Assembly: GCA_964629805.1 (NCBI GenBank) | Contig: CAZVTW010000002.1 | Span: forward strand, 1-45,373 | Reading direction: 5' to 3' | Length of the DNA: 45,373 nucleotides | From: an uncultured Bacteroidales bacterium | GTDB taxonomy: Bacteria > Bacteroidota > Bacteroidia > Bacteroidales > CAZVTW01 | Shown: positions 42,732-45,373 of the stretch, in pieces | Layout of the letters: each line of letters starts with the position of its first letter | Numbering within the stretch: the stretch's first letter is position 1 | Position numbers and translations under genes: made by a program | Notes under the pieces: model-generated | What the model was told of the DNA's origin: nothing | Database searches by the model: none | Seen by the model: the letters and a program-made list of their open reading frames with translations, nothing else

Positions 42732-44924
42732 ATGTTTGGACTGAGTATCGTTGATCTAATTATCATTTTCGTCTATCTCCTTATCATTCTTCTTATTGCC
42801 TTCAGGGCAATGAATCGCATCAGGAATTCCGAAGATTATTTTCTGGGGGGACGTAAGTTTAATAAACTCGTGCAGATTTTTTCAGCCTTCGGGCAGGCAA
42901 CCTCAGCAGATACAGGCCCCTCAGTCTCTACGACAACAATGAAAAACGGAGCTGCAGGTATCTGGAGCGCTTTGATGATGCTTTTTGTGACCCCTGCTTA
43001 TTGGTTTACCAGCGTATGGTACAGAAGACTTCGGGTTTTGACAATGGGTGATTATTTTGCAGAACGGTTCAATTCAAAACTCATGGGCGGGGTGTATTCG
43101 GTTTTTGGAAGCATAAGCATGACGATTTTACTTACAGCCGGCTACATCAGTATCACCAAAACAGTCATGGTGATGACGCCAAAAGACAAAGCAGATTTTA
43201 CTCAGGAAGAAAAAATGGAATATCAAAATGCTACGCGACTGGATGAACTTGAAGCACTGGATTTTGCCAGTCTCACACCATCAGAAAAACAAGAAATGCA
43301 ACACCTCAGAGCACAGCAACCACGAAAAAATTTCTCTCATATCGACAAAAATATCTTTATCTGGATTATAGCTGTTGTTGTGATTATCTATGCCATCATC
43401 GGTGGCCTGGAAGCAGCATTTTACAGCGATGTACTCCAGGGATTCTTTATACTCATCCTTTCAGTTCTCCTGCTACCTTTTGCCCTCAACAGAATTAATC
43501 TAACATATGGCAGTGAAGGAGTTATAGGCGCATTCAGAACCATTCATGAACAACTACCCCAGTCATTTTTCGAGATATTCGGCTCCCCGTATACCATGGA
43601 TTTTACCTGGTATTATATTTTTGCCATCTCGCTGATTGCCATGTTCAATGTGATGGTTGGTCCTAATCAGCTTGTAGCCACAGGTTCGGCAAAAAATGAA
43701 TATACCGCCCGGTATGGATTTACTTTCGGCACCTATCTTAAACGTTTTGCCATTGTTTTATGGGGCATCACAGCTCTGGCCATTACATTGCTTTTTGCAG
43801 GGACAATTGAGGACCCGGATTTGCTATTCGGATATGCAGCTTATCATCTGCTTGGTTCTCTCAATATCGGTCTGATAGGCCTGATGATTGCTTCACTGGT
43901 GGCAGCACTGATGTCAACGGCAGATATGATGATGCTCACAACAGCTGGTTTGCTTACTCATAATGTTTACAAACCTTTTGTGAAAAACAGGAGCGAAAAA
44001 CATTATGTTACTGCCGGCCGTCTGCTCGGAGCTCTGGTTGTGATAGGTTCTGCACTCATGGTTATGAATATGGACAGCATACTCAATGCCCTAAAGGCAA
44101 ACTGGGAATTTAATGTTATTATCGCTGCCGGTTTTTGGATGGGCATTTTATGGCGCCGTACCAACAGAAAAGCGGTATGGACATCAATCATTGCTACATT
44201 CATCATGTTTTACCTTATCCCAATCTTACTTCCGCTGGTATCACCTTCCTTGCGATATAATGAAAAATATTTGCAGCGGACAGAAGAACAAATCATTAAA
44301 CGTGTTTACACAGCTCATCAAATGGACGTTGAGCAGCGCGAACATGATATTCGAAAATGGGAAGAAGCAAACAGAAATGGATTGGCAATTGGAAAAAAAC
44401 CAAAACCCATAAAGGCTGGAGAGAAATTCACAAAAAAATATCAGCAACCTCAGCGTTCCGTCTTTTGGACACAAGATGTGGGCTTCGACGAAGACGGACG
44501 AATGTATGGTAAAGGAAACCTGAAAATGAGCCTTGTTTTTTACAATGCGCTTGGCTTTGACCTGACAAAAAACAAACATGCCCTGAATGAAACCATTAAA
44601 GTTCTGACAAAACTGGTTTTCCCATTCCTGATTGTTATTATTATCAGCCTGCTGACAAGGCATTCCAGCGGAGAAGAAATAATCCTTAATGATTTCTACG
44701 CCAAAATGCGGACACCTGTCACAGGAGACAAGGAAAAAGATGAGCGTGAATTACAATTGTCTATGGAGAATCCGAAAAGATTTGATTACAAACTCATGTT
44801 TCCGAAAACACAATGGCAAATCTGTAAATGGAACAAAGTAGACACTAATGGTTTTCTTGTTGCCCTTGGCATGGTTGCGGCTATTCTAGGGTTATTGTAT
44901 TTCGCAGTGAATTTGGGAGGGTGA
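42732..44924 (+). CDS. Sodium:solute symporter (SSS) family transporter with two long hydrophilic insertions
   Basis: IVDLIIIFVYLLIILLIAFRA...SEDYFLGGRKF is the SSS N-terminal signature. Multiple TM segments throughout, with insertions at aa 151-207 and aa 508-622. Confidence 0.9.
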   Translation: MFGLSIVDLIIIFVYLLIILLIAFRAMNRIRNSEDYFLGGRKFNKLVQIFSAFGQATSADTGPSVSTTTMKNGAAGIWSALMMLFVTPAYWFTSVWYRRLRVLTMGDYFAERFNSKLMGGVYSVFGSISMTILLTAGYISITKTVMVMTPKDKADFTQEEKMEYQNATRLDELEALDFASLTPSEKQEMQHLRAQQPRKNFSHIDKNIFIWIIAVVVIIYAIIGGLEAAFYSDVLQGFFILILSVLLLPFALNRINLTYGSEGVIGAFRTIHEQLPQSFFEIFGSPYTMDFTWYYIFAISLIAMFNVMVGPNQLVATGSAKNEYTARYGFTFGTYLKRFAIVLWGITALAITLLFAGTIEDPDLLFGYAAYHLLGSLNIGLIGLMIASLVAALMSTADMMMLTTAGLLTHNVYKPFVKNRSEKHYVTAGRLLGALVVIGSALMVMNMDSILNALKANWEFNVIIAAGFWMGILWRRTNRKAVWTSIIATFIMFYLIPILLPLVSPSLRYNEKYLQRTEEQIIKRVYTAHQMDVEQREHDIRKWEEANRNGLAIGKKPKPIKAGEKFTKKYQQPQRSVFWTQDVGFDEDGRMYGKGNLKMSLVFYNALGFDLTKNKHALNETIKVLTKLVFPFLIVIIISLLTRHSSGEEIILNDFYAKMRTPVTGDKEKDERELQLSMENPKRFDYKLMFPKTQWQICKWNKVDTNGFLVALGMVAAILGLLYFAVNLGG

Positions 44925-45053
44925 GTCTTGAATATGAAAAGGAGAAGGGTGAGAAGATGAAAAGAATGGAAGGGTACAACGGTCTATATGAATGTAACCG
45001 ATATCTCACGTTGGCCAATCCACAACGGAAACAGCCTGTTGTATAAGTCGGAA

Positions 45054-45084
45054 GAAAAGCTTTCCCTATATATGGAAAGTTTTC
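45054..45084 (+). terminator. Stem-loop downstream of the symporter gene (possible terminator)
   Basis: gaaaagctttcc (45054-45065) pairs with ggaaagttttc (45074-45084), with one bulged A and one G-U. The loop is ctatatat. No clean U-tract beyond the stem. Confidence 0.35.
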
Positions 45085-45373
45085 TGTTAAACCGAAATGC
45101 ATACTCATCAACTAATTAAGAAATTTGAAAAAGCGAAACAACTTCTTGAAACCAACATCCATCATCCATTTTTGAATACTGTAGCTATTAAACGAAGGTG
45201 CTGTCTAATAACGTCTTTTTCTTGAAAAGCTTTTCGAAGAGTTTTACGCAGAGAACCGCCAGGTAAGCGTTGAGTTACCCAGAGGCCTACTTCACGAAAC
45301 TCTGCAACTTCTTTGCGAAACTTAGGAACTGTAATAAAATAAACGTTGCAAATTAAGTATAAATTTCTATATT

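Noticed and set aside
44241-44663. 140-aa minus-strand ORF
   Set aside because: It is antisense to the symporter gene (second insertion region). It has no independent support.
45097-45225. 42-aa ORF (MHTHQLIKKFEKAKQLLETNIHHPFLNTVAIKRRCCLITSFS*), plus the minus-strand ORF 44881..45111
   Set aside because: It is short and has no recognisable family or ribosome-binding context. It spans palindromic sequence. It is kept only as part of the non-coding-tail finding.
1-45373. Search for CRISPR arrays, tRNA/rRNA genes, transposases, integrases, phage genes or toxin-antitoxin pairs
   Set aside because: There are no direct-repeat/spacer arrays, no cloverleaf-like or rRNA-like segments, and no ORF with DDE, tyrosine- or serine-recombinase or phage structural motifs. 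The only mobility-like signals are the remnant junction at about 5037 and the nested inverted repeat at 5259-5364, both reported as findings.

Overview
AT-rich (roughly 38-40% GC by eye) window from a Bacteroidota genome. SusC/SusD, T9SS C-terminal sorting domains, a FISUMP domain, a hybrid two-component regulator and TAnnTTTG-type promoter boxes all point that way. Almost the whole window is one large polysaccharide-utilisation locus (PUL) in two compartment-specific halves. (1) Surface/periplasmic half: GH29 fucosidase and GH42 galactosidase (1427-4638, +); a 1814-aa T9SS-sorted protein made almost entirely of binding-type modules (5381-10825, -); an SprB-repeat/FISUMP lipoprotein; susC/susD-like genes followed by a DUF362-Fn3-T9SS protein (12588-19713, +); a tightly packed six-gene minus-strand operon (31127 down to 19988) with a second GH42, a divergent GH42-like protein, two beta-helix proteins, a mutarotase-like lipoprotein and a 678-aa unknown; and GH3 plus an AraC-type HTCS sensor/regulator (31493-37939, -). 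(2) Cytoplasmic half: a signal-less 751-aa unknown (38132-40387, -) divergent from kduI, a signal-less GH105 and a sodium:solute symporter with two large insertions (40567-44924, +). The locus processes 4,5-unsaturated uronates (GH105, KduI), yet I cannot recognise any polysaccharide lyase. The uncharacterised proteins are the obvious candidates for new activities. Smaller observations: a T8 homopolymer frameshift in the first gene, two abutting gene remnants at about 5037, a nested inverted-repeat element at 5259-5364, four tandem 513-522-bp repeats inside the giant gene, and about 450 nt of structured non-coding sequence at the right end. I found no rRNA, tRNA, CRISPR array, transposase or integrase. 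All family calls come from motif recognition by eye, not from searches.
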